This document shows, piece by piece, positions 35,397 to 45,773 of a stretch of DNA of 64,000 bases. The stretch is from Candidatus Latescibacterota bacterium. Its GTDB lineage: Bacteria > Latescibacterota > UBA2968. A model generated the notes under the pieces. That model did no database searches and was not told the origin of the DNA. It was given only the letters and a program-made list of their open reading frames with translations. Every line of letters begins with the position of its first letter. Positions within the stretch are counted from its first letter, which is position 1. The stretch is from NCBI GenBank assembly GCA_965204745.1, contig OZ242010.1:1632001-1696000 (forward strand), read 5' to 3'. The translations under genes were made by a program, and so were the position numbers.

Positions 35397-36065
35397 ATGT
35401 TACTCGACCTTTTCACCCTTGCCGACAGCGCGTTGCCCACGGGCGGGTACGCATTCTCCAATGGGCTGGAAGCCGCCGTACAAATGGGATTGTTGCGTAC
35501 CCCTGCGGACCTCGACGCGTACCTCCAAACCGCCATCCACACCACGGCCACGAGCGAAATCCCCTTCATCAACGCCTGCTACAACGGCGATCCCATCCCC
35601 GCAAACCTGACCGACATCCTGCTCGCTTACGACGCCATGCTCACGGCCCCCGCCATAGCCCGCGCCAGCGCGATGCAGGGCCGCAACTTGTTGCGCCTGA
35701 TGCGCGACTTGTACGCCTCAAAGACCATGGGGCGTCTGCACAAAACCTTGCTCGGTCAAGCCGTGCCTGCCCACTACACCATCGTCTTGGGCGCGACCTG
35801 CCATGTCGCCGGCCTCAAACGCCCGCACACCTGCCGGGTATTCATGTACCAATTCTTGCGCGACCAAATCAGCGCGGCGGTTCGCTTGGGGCAAATCGGC
35901 CCTCTCGAAGCCGCGCGATTGCAAAAACGCCACCACCAAACCGCCATCGCCGCTATCGCCGCCATCGCCAACGCAGACCACACCCGCGCCTCGCGCTCTG
36001 CCCCCCAATGGGACATCGCCCAAGGCATGCACGAGTATCTCTATTCCCGATTGTTTCAAAGCTAA
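35397..36065 (+). CDS. ureF: Urease accessory protein UreF
   Basis: LADSALPTGGYAFSNGLEAA, SAAVRLGQIGP, HEYLYSRLFQS. Confidence 0.93.
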   Translation: MLLDLFTLADSALPTGGYAFSNGLEAAVQMGLLRTPADLDAYLQTAIHTTATSEIPFINACYNGDPIPANLTDILLAYDAMLTAPAIARASAMQGRNLLRLMRDLYASKTMGRLHKTLLGQAVPAHYTIVLGATCHVAGLKRPHTCRVFMYQFLRDQISAAVRLGQIGPLEAARLQKRHHQTAIAAIAAIANADHTRASRSAPQWDIAQGMHEYLYSRLFQS

Positions 36066-36077
36066 AAAGGACATCTC

Positions 36078-36797
36078 ATGCACGACCACCATCACGGCCA
36101 TGCTCATTCCCCCTTTGAATCCCCCGGCAAATTCGCCCTGCGCGAATCGGTCGCAGCCAGCCGCGACTTTTCGCAACGCGCATTCACTATCGGCGTTGGC
36201 GGGCCGGTCGGCACTGGCAAAACCGCACTCGTTCGCCTGCTCTGCGAAGCCCTGCGCGACCAATACAGCCTCGGCGTGGTCACCAACGACATCTTCACGC
36301 GCGAAGACGCCGAATTTCTCTTGCATCACAACGCACTCGAAGCCGACCGCATCATCGGCGTTGAAACCGGCGGATGCCCACACGCTGCCATTCGGGAAGA
36401 CATCTCCCTCAACCTCAACGCCCTCGAAGACCTCATGATTCGCTTTGACTGCGATATCGACCTCCTCGTCGTCGAAAGCGGCGGCGACAACCTAGCGGCG
36501 CACTTCAGCAAAGAACTCGTGGATTACGCCATCTACGTCATCGACGTCTCCGCAGGCGACAAAATTCCCCGAAAGGGCGGCCCGGGCATCACCCAATCGG
36601 ACCTGCTCATCATCAACAAAACCGACCTCGCGGACCTCGTGGGCGCGGACCTCGGCATTATGGAACGAGACGCAAAAAAAATGCGCGGGGACGGCCCCAC
36701 GCTCTTTGCCTGCATCAAAAACAAAGTTGGACGCGATGAAATCATCGCCCACATCCTCCGCGCCCATGAATCTGCCCGCTTGTATCTTGCGAGATAG
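36078..36797 (+). CDS. ureG: Urease accessory GTPase UreG with His-rich N-terminus
   Basis: [33 protein letters not shown]; starts [10 protein letters not shown]. Confidence 0.96.
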   Translation: MHDHHHGHAHSPFESPGKFALRESVAASRDFSQRAFTIGVGGPVGTGKTALVRLLCEALRDQYSLGVVTNDIFTREDAEFLLHHNALEADRIIGVETGGCPHAAIREDISLNLNALEDLMIRFDCDIDLLVVESGGDNLAAHFSKELVDYAIYVIDVSAGDKIPRKGGPGITQSDLLIINKTDLADLVGADLGIMERDAKKMRGDGPTLFACIKNKVGRDEIIAHILRAHESARLYLAR

Positions 36798-36857
36798 AGG
36801 GCGCACCCCCGTATCGAGGGCATCTTATGTCTCACTTGCGGAAGGGCGGTGCGCGAG

Positions 36858-37178
36858 GGGACCTATCCCCCGGCCCCTTTCCTACGAGGAAAGGGGAGTA
36901 AAGTCCCTTTGATGGCTTATCTCAAGGGTTGCTCTGATGGCGTTGACCGAGGGCATAAAGCGATTAAAAATCCCTCATCAATCCCCTCGCAAAACCGCTC
37001 ACAGTTCCCCCCCCTTCCTCTAAGGAAGGGCGGTGCGGGGACTGACCACTGACTACTGACCACTGATTTTGATCGGGCGAGCACGGGGCATCGCCCCTAC
37101 ACATATCGCCAGTTGTACCCCTTTTGTGCCTTTTGTGCCTTTGAACTGGCTATCGCCAGTTGTACCCCGCTTGTGGCT
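36858..37178. repeat. Repeat mosaic inside the urease operon (family B copy, heptamer tract, REP, micro-element)
   Basis: GGGACCTATCCCCCGGCCCCTTTCCTACGAGGAAAGGGG; ACTGACC/ACTGACT tract; GGGCGAGCACGGGGCATCGCCCCTAC; TTGAACTGGCTATCGCCAGTTGTACCCCGC. Confidence 0.85.
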
Positions 37179-37204
37179 AACCCCATCTCACCTCAGCCGC
37201 GCTC

Positions 37205-38041
37205 ATGCCCACAATCCCCTCATCTATCGAAGTGACCCACAATGGCACGCGCTCTGTCCTCACGGCTTGCCGCTCCATTGCACCGCTCAAATTGCTCAAC
37301 CCCGCCACGCAGGGCACGTATTGCGCGGTTGTGATCTCCAGTTACGGCGGCGGCATGGTCGAAGGAGACGCGCCAATCCTCCGCGTGCGCTGTGGCAAAC
37401 GCGCGGCCCTGTACTTGGGCACGCAGGCATTGACCAAAGTCTATAAAAATCCCCACGGCATCCCGTCCAAACAAACCCTCATCGGCAAAGTCGAATCCCA
37501 GGCCCTCGCTATCGTGTGGCCCGATCCCGTTGTCCCCTATGCACAAAGCATCTTTGAACAAAACCAACACTGGCACTTGGCCCCCAACGCCTGCCTGCTC
37601 CTCGCGGATGGGCATACGGCCGGGCGCGTTGCCCACGGCGAACACTTTGCCTACGCACGTTACCGATCCCACATCGCCATTCACACGCCCAAACGCCCGC
37701 TCCTCATCGAACGCTACCACTCCGAACCGGGCGCGGTATCGCCCACGCACCCGGGCGCGTTTGGCCCTTACAACGTCGTCTTCAACATCTTCATCGCAGG
37801 GACGCCCGGCGAAGCGCGCTTCACCCACCTAATCGAAAATCTCTCCCAAACCCTCATCCCATTATTGCGACCAACCCCGCCCGACCTCTTGCTCTCTTTC
37901 GCCTCCCCCAAGCCCGACCTCTTCATCATCCGATCCCTCGCGCAAAATATCGAAAGCCTCCACCCCCTCTTCGCGGCCCTCCGCAACGCAATCGCCCACC
38001 CCAACATCCTCGGCACAGATCCCCTCGCCCGAAAGTACTAG
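37205..38041 (+). CDS. ureD: Urease accessory protein UreD
   Basis: PLKLL, SYGGGMVEGD, TQALTKVYK, PDPVVPYAQS, GRVAHGE, terminal RKY. Confidence 0.9.
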   Translation: MPTIPSSIEVTHNGTRSVLTACRSIAPLKLLNPATQGTYCAVVISSYGGGMVEGDAPILRVRCGKRAALYLGTQALTKVYKNPHGIPSKQTLIGKVESQALAIVWPDPVVPYAQSIFEQNQHWHLAPNACLLLADGHTAGRVAHGEHFAYARYRSHIAIHTPKRPLLIERYHSEPGAVSPTHPGAFGPYNVVFNIFIAGTPGEARFTHLIENLSQTLIPLLRPTPPDLLLSFASPKPDLFIIRSLAQNIESLHPLFAALRNAIAHPNILGTDPLARKY

Positions 38042-38088
38042 GTCGTGTTGACATTTTATTTTTTGAACGTTACGCACAGAGTAGCAAA

Positions 38089-38355
38089 TGTATTGCTTAC
38101 TCATTTAATGCGTTTGGTCCTACAGCCTCGTTGGTTGCCTCCGATGCCTTCGGCGACTTACTTTTTTTCAACAGCAAAAAAAAGTAAGCAAAAAATGCCG
38201 CTCTCAAACGCCGAGGGGCTTGCACAGCGCAAATCGCTTTCGTAACAGAACGATACGCGCCAGCCTGCAAAGTGGGTTGCATAATGGATGTGGGTTGCGA
38301 GACGGCCTTGCGCGCTGTGCGTGATAGCTTGATCGGAGGGTATTTTGCGAGGGCA
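38089..38355. repeat. Repeat family C, copy 2
   Basis: Aligns with 2831-3083. Confidence 0.9.
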
Positions 38356-38813
38356 CTTGTTAGGATGCCTTCTTTGAACTGCGGAACATCCGTGAATACG
38401 ATGCGTGTGGTAGCAAAAGCGAGAATGCTGAAGGAACCACTGTTGCCCGTCCCCGTTGCGGAGAGGGGCCGAGGGATGGGTCATCTTTTGTTTTAAGACA
38501 ACTTCTAAGGGGCACGAATTGGTTTTGTATATTTTTTGTGTTCTCAATTCCACATTCCCCCTTCCTCACAGGCACAGGCGTAGCCTACAACGAGTGAAGC
38601 GAGGGTAGTCCCGATATTCTTTGTTGCCTAATTTCAGGCATGTTATATTTTTTAGCCATCCATCTACTCGTTGAGATGGACTCCTGTGCCCCACCGCATA
38701 GGAGGAACGGATGAAGAAACGGATTTTGTCAACGGGCTTGTTGATTGCTTCTCACTCGCTTTCTACTCTTAATTCGCATTGTCAACCGACAACTTCAGAA
38801 AGGACGTACCATT

Positions 38814-39788
38814 ATGCCGATGGAATACGGCACGATTGACGGGATGAAGAAGAAAATCTCGCGCATTTTGCAGGGCACGATCATGTTGCGCGAAGATGAT
38901 TTGCAAGGTGGATTTGCATTGCTGGATGGGGTGTGGGCACTCGGGGTCAATGGGTTTGACGCTGCGTATATTTACGGCGGCGGGCAGTGCGAGCGCGTTT
39001 TGGGCCAGTGGCTGGAAGAACGTGGCCTGTTCGACGAGGCCGTCATTTTGACAAAGGGCGCGCATCATGCCGGCCCGAAAAACAAAGTCAATCCAGTCGA
39101 TATTACGGCGGATTTGACCGCGTCATTGGAGCGGTGCCGAACGGATTTCATCGACATCTACGTGTTGCACCGAGATGATCTCAATGTCGAAGTCGGACCG
39201 ATTGTCGAGGTGTTGAACGAGCACAAAGCCGCGGGCCGAATCGGCCTGTTTGGCGGGTCGAACTGGACCGTGCCGCGCATTCGGGAGGCCAATGAGTACG
39301 CTTACAAGCACAACTTGGAACCCTTTAGCGTGAGCAGTCCCAATTATAGCCTCGCCGAACAGGTGAAAGAACCCTGGCGCGGTTGCATCAGCATCAGCGG
39401 GCCGAGCAACGAAGCGGATCGGGCGTGGTACGCAGAACAAAAAATGCCCCTGTTCACGTGGTCGAGCCTCGCACAGGGGTTTTTCTCGGGCAAGTTCACA
39501 CGCGAGACGTTTGAAGCCTACAAGCCGAATCTGCCGGGGTCATGCGTGGATGCCTATTGTTACGAGCAAAACTTCGAGCGTCTAAATCGCGCGGGCGAAT
39601 TGGCGAGGGAAAAGGGGCTGACCGTGCCGCAAATCGCGCTGGCATTTAACCTGAATCAACCCCTGAATCTCTTTTCCCTGATCGGCGTGTTCCACCCGGA
39701 TGAGTGCAAGGCCAATATCGAGGCCCTCAATTTGAAACTCACGCGAGAAGAACTCGATTGGCTGGATTTGAAGTGCGACGAGCGATGA
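38814..39788 (+). CDS. Aldo/keto reductase
   Basis: FDAAYIYG, ILTKG, IDIYVLHRD, GGSNW, TVPQIALA. Confidence 0.9.
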   Translation: MPMEYGTIDGMKKKISRILQGTIMLREDDLQGGFALLDGVWALGVNGFDAAYIYGGGQCERVLGQWLEERGLFDEAVILTKGAHHAGPKNKVNPVDITADLTASLERCRTDFIDIYVLHRDDLNVEVGPIVEVLNEHKAAGRIGLFGGSNWTVPRIREANEYAYKHNLEPFSVSSPNYSLAEQVKEPWRGCISISGPSNEADRAWYAEQKMPLFTWSSLAQGFFSGKFTRETFEAYKPNLPGSCVDAYCYEQNFERLNRAGELAREKGLTVPQIALAFNLNQPLNLFSLIGVFHPDECKANIEALNLKLTREELDWLDLKCDER

Positions 39789-39807
39789 GCGAGAGGGCGA
39801 AGATGAA

Positions 39808-39937
39808 CCCCGCCCAACCCCCTTCGGTGAGAGGTAAGACGGGAGAGGCGAGAAACAGGCTCCAAGCGGTCAGTGGTCAGTGGTCAGTAGTCAGTAGTCA
39901 GTCCCCGCCCAACAGCCCCAAAACCCGACGCACTGCG
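39808..39937. repeat. Composite heptamer-repeat element, copy 2
   Basis: Colinear with 20391-20526. Confidence 0.8.
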
Positions 39938-40014
39938 TAGATGCACTGGCCCGAAAAACGGTCAGTTGCCCCGTTTCGTTGATTCGCTTGGCAGATTAAA
40001 TTAGCTTAAATGGC

Positions 40015-40047
40015 AAAGGCCGACGGGCATCACCCGTCGGCCTTTTT
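40015..40047. terminator. Bidirectional intrinsic terminator
   Basis: AAAGGCCGACGGG/CCCGTCGGCCTTT stem between convergent genes. Confidence 0.85.
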
Positions 40048-40048
40048 G

Positions 40049-40396
40049 TTAGACCTTTTGCCGCGTCCAGCCGCGTTTGACTTCGGGCTGTTTGCGGAAT
40101 CCCTTTTGCGGTTTGGTGCCGGTCGCGCCCAAGGCTTTTTGTCGCCTGTGATGGGTTTCCCACTGGTGTTGCATGCGCTGGCCCTCGTTTGAAGCCAGCC
40201 ACGCATCCAGTTTTTCTTTTGACACGCCGCGCTCTGTCACGATGCCCCCTTTTTGAAATGCCTGCCGCCTGCGCTTGATTTCGCCCCGCGAGCATCCGAG
40301 TTTTCGCGCCATGTGTTTGTCGTCTTCGCCAGCGACCAAAAGGTCTGCAAAGGTGCGATAAAATACCGCTGCGTCGTCAATTTGAAGATGTGCCAT
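40049..40396 (-). CDS. Hypothetical basic protein, possible HTH
   Basis: AGGAGG RBS, followed by terminator; MARKLGCSRGEIKRRR is HTH-like. Confidence 0.65.
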   Translation of the reverse strand: MAHLQIDDAAVFYRTFADLLVAGEDDKHMARKLGCSRGEIKRRRQAFQKGGIVTERGVSKEKLDAWLASNEGQRMQHQWETHHRRQKALGATGTKPQKGFRKQPEVKRGWTRQKV

Positions 40397-40470
40397 GTGA
40401 ACCTCCTAAGTGTCTTTCGTCTTCCCTCTCGCATCTTGTCTTTGGTCGAGCACGAGGCCATCGCCCCTTC

Positions 40471-41454
40471 TCACCGCATTCTCGATTCCGACATCCACAT
40501 ATCGGGGTTGTTGCCGAGTTTGTTTTTGACGCCCACCGTGATTTCAGAGAGGCGTTGCAGGAGGTCTTCGGAGAGCGCGAGTGCGACTGAGGGGAGATTC
40601 CATTGGACTTCGTCGGGCGTTCTCGCGCCGACCAGAAGCGAGGTGATGCCGGGTTGTTGCCGCGCCCACGCGAGGGCCATTTCCGCCATGGTGACGCCAG
40701 CCTCGGCGGCGACAGCGCGAATTTCTGACAGCGCGTTGAAGACTTCGGTTTCGCAACCGGGTTCGCCGTGTCGGGCCATGGGCCGGTCGTGCGAATACAG
40801 GCGGGTGCGCGCCAAGCCATCGGGCACTTCATCCGCAGAGGCGTAACGCCCGGTGAGCAGCCCTTGCATCAGCGGGCTATAGCAAATGATGCCGATCTCG
40901 TTTTCCAAACACATCGGCTGAATTTCGCGTTCGATCACGCGCCAGAGCAAGCTATACGGCAACTGATTGGTGGCGATATCGCCCACAGCGAGCAAGTCGC
41001 CGAGATCGCCGCAGGCAAAATTGCAGACGCCAATGGCCCGAATTTTCCCCTGATCGCGCAGGCGAGAAAGCGCGTTTGCGGTTTCTTCAATGGGGATAGT
41101 GTGATTGGGCCAGTGAATTTGGTACAGATCGATGTAATCCGTTTGTAGATTTTTCAAGCTGTTTTCACAGGCTTTGGGCAGATCATCGGATGAGAGATGA
41201 GCACCGCCGACTTTGGTGGCGATCACCGCTTCGTCGCGCCGCCCTTTAAGGCCACGCCCGAGGACGCGCTCGGAATTGCCATACCCCTCTGCCGTGTCAA
41301 AAAACGTGATGCCCGCGTCATGTGCGGCATGCACAGTGGCGATAGAGACGTCGTCATCTTGTTCGCCCCAAACATCGCCGCCGGCAAAAGGCCAACAACC
41401 CAACGCGAGGACAGAGACAGCTATATCCGTGCCGGGGAGTTTGGTGTAGGTCAC
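40471..41454 (-). CDS. Aldo/keto reductase
   Basis: FFDTAEGYG, IATKV, YIDLYQIHWP, YSPLMQGLLTG; GTG start. Confidence 0.92.
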   Translation of the reverse strand: MTYTKLPGTDIAVSVLALGCWPFAGGDVWGEQDDDVSIATVHAAHDAGITFFDTAEGYGNSERVLGRGLKGRRDEAVIATKVGGAHLSSDDLPKACENSLKNLQTDYIDLYQIHWPNHTIPIEETANALSRLRDQGKIRAIGVCNFACGDLGDLLAVGDIATNQLPYSLLWRVIEREIQPMCLENEIGIICYSPLMQGLLTGRYASADEVPDGLARTRLYSHDRPMARHGEPGCETEVFNALSEIRAVAAEAGVTMAEMALAWARQQPGITSLLVGARTPDEVQWNLPSVALALSEDLLQRLSEITVGVKNKLGNNPDMWMSESRMR

Positions 41455-41545
41455 GATTTGTCCTTTCGATGAGGTGGTCAGTCTCCGCCCATCCGCTTCG
41501 CCGCCCCATTCCGTTGCATGGCTCGCAAATGTCAACACAACCTAA

Positions 41546-42907
41546 TTACCGATGCCATGCGCCTTCTACGTAACGCGCCGATAGGCGGCGAGATAACTCG
41601 CGTCTGAGGTCGGGATTTTGTTCGGCGATGTTGTGTTCTTCTTTCGGGTCCGCGATCAAGTCGTAGAGTTCGGTGACGTCGTTGTAATTTTCGATCAACT
41701 TGTGCTCGTGCGTGCGGATGCACCGGAAGTTGCGGATGCCGCTGACGGTTTCGGCCCGGTGGCTCGCTGTTTCGCCCCGCAACACAGCCGCGATGGACCG
41801 GGCGTCGATATCCGAGAGCGGGGGGATGCCAGCGAGGTCGCATATCGTGGGATTTAGGTCGATGAGTTCGACCAAGGCATCGGAGACGCGCCCGGCCGCA
41901 ATGCCGGGGCCTGCCACGATGAGCGGGATGTGTACCGAGGCTTCGTAGGGTACGCTTTTGGTGTACAAGCCGTGATCGCCGAGCATTTCCCCGTGGTCGC
42001 TGGAAAATATGACGTACGTATTGTCGGCCATGCCTCGCCGTTCAACGGCTGCGAGGATTTCGCCGATCTGATCGTCGATGGCTTCGATGGCCGCGCAATA
42101 TTGCCGCCGCGTTTCCGCGATTTTTTCTGGGGTGATGTCTTTGACGCGGTCTTTGAGGTACGCGGGTTTGCCCGGCAAGTTCGCAGGTGTGGCAGGTGGC
42201 ATGTCCGCGTCGCGGTATTTGTCGCCGTATTCGGTGGGCGGGTCAAAGGGATCGTGCGGGCCGACAAAGCTGACGAACAAATGCCAGGGGAAATCCCCGG
42301 GGATGTTCTCGATCCATTCGACAGATCGCTGCCCAATATAGACATCCTCAAAGGCTTCGGTGGGCAAGACCGAATCGTGACAAGAGCAGTGAAAGCCCTC
42401 TTTGGCGCGGCGGGTATAATCAGCGACAAAGGCTTCGAACAACCCTTTGTCTTGCAAGAAGTGGTTGTATGGCCCCAGCGGCGTTTTGGAACGGCCCGCG
42501 TGCATTTTGCCCTCGCATTCAACCGGGTGGGTAAAGCCCCACATATAAGTGGCGGGACGGTCGCCGTCTCGTCCGTTGTACCCATCGGGTTTGGCGAGGT
42601 CGAGTTTGCCCACGCAACCCACGTAATAGTTGTAATCGCGCAGTTGCTGGTAATAAGTCGGTTGGCTTCGGGGCAAGAAGCAATTGTTTTCAACGCATCC
42701 GAGGCGCGAGGGTTGCATGCCCGAGGCGAGCGCAATGCGCGAAGGCGCGCAGACCGGGCAATTCGTCGTGCATTGGGTGAAGTGCATCCCCTGTTCCGCG
42801 AGGCGGTCGATATTGGGCGTGCGAACAAAATCCGCACCTGCACAGCCCAAGTAATCAAAGCGATGCTGGTCATCCATGATGAACAGGATATTGGGGCGAT
42901 CTGTCAT
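41546..42907 (-). CDS. Formylglycine-dependent sulfatase
   Basis: RPNILFIMDDQHR, CAPSR (CxPxR), PHDP, SDHGEMLGDHG. Confidence 0.93.
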   Translation of the reverse strand: MTDRPNILFIMDDQHRFDYLGCAGADFVRTPNIDRLAEQGMHFTQCTTNCPVCAPSRIALASGMQPSRLGCVENNCFLPRSQPTYYQQLRDYNYYVGCVGKLDLAKPDGYNGRDGDRPATYMWGFTHPVECEGKMHAGRSKTPLGPYNHFLQDKGLFEAFVADYTRRAKEGFHCSCHDSVLPTEAFEDVYIGQRSVEWIENIPGDFPWHLFVSFVGPHDPFDPPTEYGDKYRDADMPPATPANLPGKPAYLKDRVKDITPEKIAETRRQYCAAIEAIDDQIGEILAAVERRGMADNTYVIFSSDHGEMLGDHGLYTKSVPYEASVHIPLIVAGPGIAAGRVSDALVELIDLNPTICDLAGIPPLSDIDARSIAAVLRGETASHRAETVSGIRNFRCIRTHEHKLIENYNDVTELYDLIADPKEEHNIAEQNPDLRRELSRRLSARYVEGAWHR

Positions 42908-42973
42908 GTCGTCTCCTTAGAATCAGTACTTAAAGGGTAGGCACGCAATATAGGGGTGGTGTCTCTGTGCGTT

Positions 42974-43360
42974 CTACCAAAGCACCGGTACCGGGTAGCG
43001 AGAGATTGCCGCGTCGGGCGTTACTATCGTCAGGCTGTTCAAGATAGCCTGAGAGACGAGACCCCGGTCAAACGGATCGGAATGATGCAGTGGCAAGAAC
43101 GCTTCGTGTGCGGCACAGGCCTCGTCAAAGGCAAGCGGCTCAAGTCGCAACCACCTGCGCCGGCTGACCACATAGCGATCCGGCGGCTCTGGTAGCGGCA
43201 AACGACCTAACCGGTATTTGATGGCAATTTCCCAAGCTGAAAGCGCGCTGAGGTAAACGTCGTTCTCGGGGCTACGGCAACTTGTTCGCGCTACAGGTGT
43301 CAACTGCGGGTCGTCGGCCGCCAGCCAGAGGAAGGTACATGTGTCAAGCAGGAGTTTCAT
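42974..43360 (-). CDS. PIN-domain (VapC-family) toxin
   Basis: MKLLLDTCTFLW, SAWEIAIK, HHSDPFDR, VTPD. Confidence 0.9.
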   Translation of the reverse strand: MKLLLDTCTFLWLAADDPQLTPVARTSCRSPENDVYLSALSAWEIAIKYRLGRLPLPEPPDRYVVSRRRWLRLEPLAFDEACAAHEAFLPLHHSDPFDRGLVSQAILNSLTIVTPDAAISRYPVPVLW

Positions 43361-43751
43361 GCGATTGGTTGTCTCCGCAAAATGCGTTGAGCAGGTCATC
43401 GGGAAGCGGATCGAAGAAGCTAAGGGGAATGGTCAGTCCACGGTCAATCCCTACTGGGCGCAATTTTGAGGAATCAATTGCCCCAATAATTTCCTCAGTT
43501 TCTCGATGGTCCTTTGATTCGGGGAAACGGTGGCTGGCGTTCAGGATCGTAAGGCCGATCACTTGGCCCTGCTCATAGCGGATGATCACGTCGTCGTCTG
43601 TCAGTTCGCTATCGTCTGCACGACTGGGTTTTTTGAAATTGACATACAACACATCGGCTTCGGCATCGTATGAAGACCACAAATAGTGCTTCGGGGAATG
43701 CCGCACTGCCGGGATTAAGTGTACATATTTATCTACTGTGATAGAGGCCAT
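43344..43751 (-). CDS. DUF2283-type antitoxin fused to a VapB/Phd-type C-terminal tail
   Basis: YDAEADVLYVNF...VIGLTILNAS followed by RPVG...IPLSFFDPLPDDLLNAF. Confidence 0.7.
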   Translation of the reverse strand: MASITVDKYVHLIPAVRHSPKHYLWSSYDAEADVLYVNFKKPSRADDSELTDDDVIIRYEQGQVIGLTILNASHRFPESKDHRETEEIIGAIDSSKLRPVGIDRGLTIPLSFFDPLPDDLLNAFCGDNQSHETPA

Positions 43752-44044
43752 ACTTGCTTTCTCCTGTTTAGGGAATTTATTCGCCTAAAAAAAAAGGCAG
43801 TGATGATAAATCCATCTGATCCTACCTCACGATACGGTACGAGCAGAAATTTTCCAGACTCTATCTCGCGTACCGCGATCAATTCGCCTTGGTTACCCAC
43901 GAGGATTTTCAGGGGGTCTGTGACAGTTTCGAGGATTTCTTCCCGCATGCCTGCGAGTTCACAGTGTTCTTCTGTAATATGTGCCCAGCGTTCATCTGTG
44001 AGCCGGATCGGGATGCCGTTTAGCGATTGTGTGACTTCGTCCAT
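43733..44044 (-). CDS. Putative RelE/BECR-fold toxin paired with the DUF2283 gene
   Basis: IRLTDERWAHITEEH...TVTDP...GFIITAF; overlaps the DUF2283 gene. Confidence 0.65.
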   Translation of the reverse strand: MDEVTQSLNGIPIRLTDERWAHITEEHCELAGMREEILETVTDPLKILVGNQGELIAVREIESGKFLLVPYREVGSDGFIITAFFFRRINSLNRRKQVWPLSQ

Positions 44045-44066
44045 GAATAACCATCGTAGTTCATGT

Positions 44067-44558
44067 TTATCCGCTCGACAAATCTCGCTTGGCGATTAGG
44101 ATGCCGTCTGCGTCTGCGTAGAGATAATCGCCGGGCAGGAAGGTGACGCCGGCAAATGCGAGGGGCGTGTTTTGGCGGCCATGGCCTTCTTTGCGACTGC
44201 GGCGCGGCACAGCGAAACGCGCTTTGACGCCGATAGGGATTTTGGCGAGCTCGGAAACATCGCGCACCCCGCCGTTGATGACGATGCCCGACCAACTGTT
44301 GTCGCTGGCGATTTGCGCGACCATATCCCCCAACAGCGCGCACCACGTCGAAGCCTCGCCATCGACGACGAGCACGCGACCGTCGCCCGGGGTTTCGAGC
44401 ACTTGGCGCACGAGCGCGTTGTCTTCGCAAACTTTGACCGTGGCAATCGGACCGCAAAATGCAAGGGTCCCGCCGTAGTCGTCAAACAGGGGTTCGGCAA
44501 CTTGGAGCGTGGGATCGGTTTCATATTCGTCGCACAAATCCGTGGTATTGAAAGCCAT
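44067..44558 (-). CDS. rraA: RraA/HMG-aldolase family protein
   Basis: TTDLCD, TVKVCEDN, VLVVDG...ALLGD, GGVRD, YADADGI. Confidence 0.9.
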   Translation of the reverse strand: MAFNTTDLCDEYETDPTLQVAEPLFDDYGGTLAFCGPIATVKVCEDNALVRQVLETPGDGRVLVVDGEASTWCALLGDMVAQIASDNSWSGIVINGGVRDVSELAKIPIGVKARFAVPRRSRKEGHGRQNTPLAFAGVTFLPGDYLYADADGILIAKRDLSSG

Positions 44559-44772
44559 CGATGATCTCCCAGAATTTTGATGAACAAGGTGCTGACCGCT
44601 TAATATGCGTTTCAAAAGCGACTTGTCAATTTTTTTGTTTCGCAAAGCGGAACGGGGTACAACTGGCCGTTTTTCAGACCCAGTTCATCAGCAAAGGGCA
44701 TACGGATTTTGGGGCTGTTGGGCGGCCCTCTCCCGTCTTACCTCTCACCTCTCCCGTCTTGCCTCTCCCCTC

Positions 44773-45762
44773 TCACCATTCAAATACCACGCCCAAGGCT
44801 TCTGTTGGATCGTCGGCGAGCATGTCGAAGGTGGTCTGGCAATCGGCGGGTTTTGCGATATGGGTTATCAGGTCTTCAATGGGCAACTTGCCCGCGGCCA
44901 TCAAGCGCAAGACCAACTCGCGGTCCCTGCGCTTGTTCCAGGGATAGTAGATGTGCTCATCGTCCGGCGTTTTGGGCTGGTGCGCGCCTAAAATGGAGAC
45001 TTCGCGCTGGTGAACTTCGGGCAAAAAGCTCACTTCCACTTTGCCGCGTGGAGACCCCAGCGCGACCAGTCGCCCACCCAGCCGGGGCAAAGAGAGTGCC
45101 GTGGGATAGACTGCGGGGATGCCAGTCGCTTCAATGACCAGGTCCACGCCGTCGGCGGTGCCGTGGTCGCGCACGGCTTGGGCGACATCGGCTACGGCAT
45201 GGGGATTGAGACAGACATCTGCGCCCCGAGCACCGGCCCTGTCCAACCGGAAGGGGTTTATGTCGATAGCAATGACCGGCAAGGCGCCGGCCAAGCGGGC
45301 AAAGGTGGCCGCCAGTTGGCCCACAATGCCCATGCCGGTGATCGCGACGACCTCGCCCAATTCGGGACGGCCGACCCGGTGCCCGTGCAGGGCAATGGCG
45401 CACATGACCATAAAAGCCGCGGATTTGGGGGACACGCCCGCAGGCACTTGAAAGAAGTTCTGGGTCAGGACCGCGTGGTGCGCGTGATTGCCCTGCCCGG
45501 CGACGCGGTCGCCGGGTTTGACATTTCGCACGTCTTTGCCGACTTCGAGCGCGATGCCCGTGTTGCAATAGCCGGTTGGGCGCGGGAAGGTTCTCGGCCG
45601 GGATGGCTCGCCCCCGTGTGCGTAGTTGTAGATTTCCGTGCCGACGCTGATGGCGGTGTAATCGTTTTGCACCAAGATGCCGTGGGCCGGCAGGCGCGGC
45701 AATTCAAATTCCCGCAATTCGATCCGCCGAATGCCCGTGCAGACCAAGCGTTGCGATTTCAT
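44773..45762 (-). CDS. Zinc-type alcohol dehydrogenase superfamily oxidoreductase
   Basis: ISVGTE, PTGYCNTG, GMGIVGQL, DLVIEATG. Confidence 0.85.
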   Translation of the reverse strand: MKSQRLVCTGIRRIELREFELPRLPAHGILVQNDYTAISVGTEIYNYAHGGEPSRPRTFPRPTGYCNTGIALEVGKDVRNVKPGDRVAGQGNHAHHAVLTQNFFQVPAGVSPKSAAFMVMCAIALHGHRVGRPELGEVVAITGMGIVGQLAATFARLAGALPVIAIDINPFRLDRAGARGADVCLNPHAVADVAQAVRDHGTADGVDLVIEATGIPAVYPTALSLPRLGGRLVALGSPRGKVEVSFLPEVHQREVSILGAHQPKTPDDEHIYYPWNKRRDRELVLRLMAAGKLPIEDLITHIAKPADCQTTFDMLADDPTEALGVVFEW

Positions 45763-45773
45763 TTTTCGTTCTC

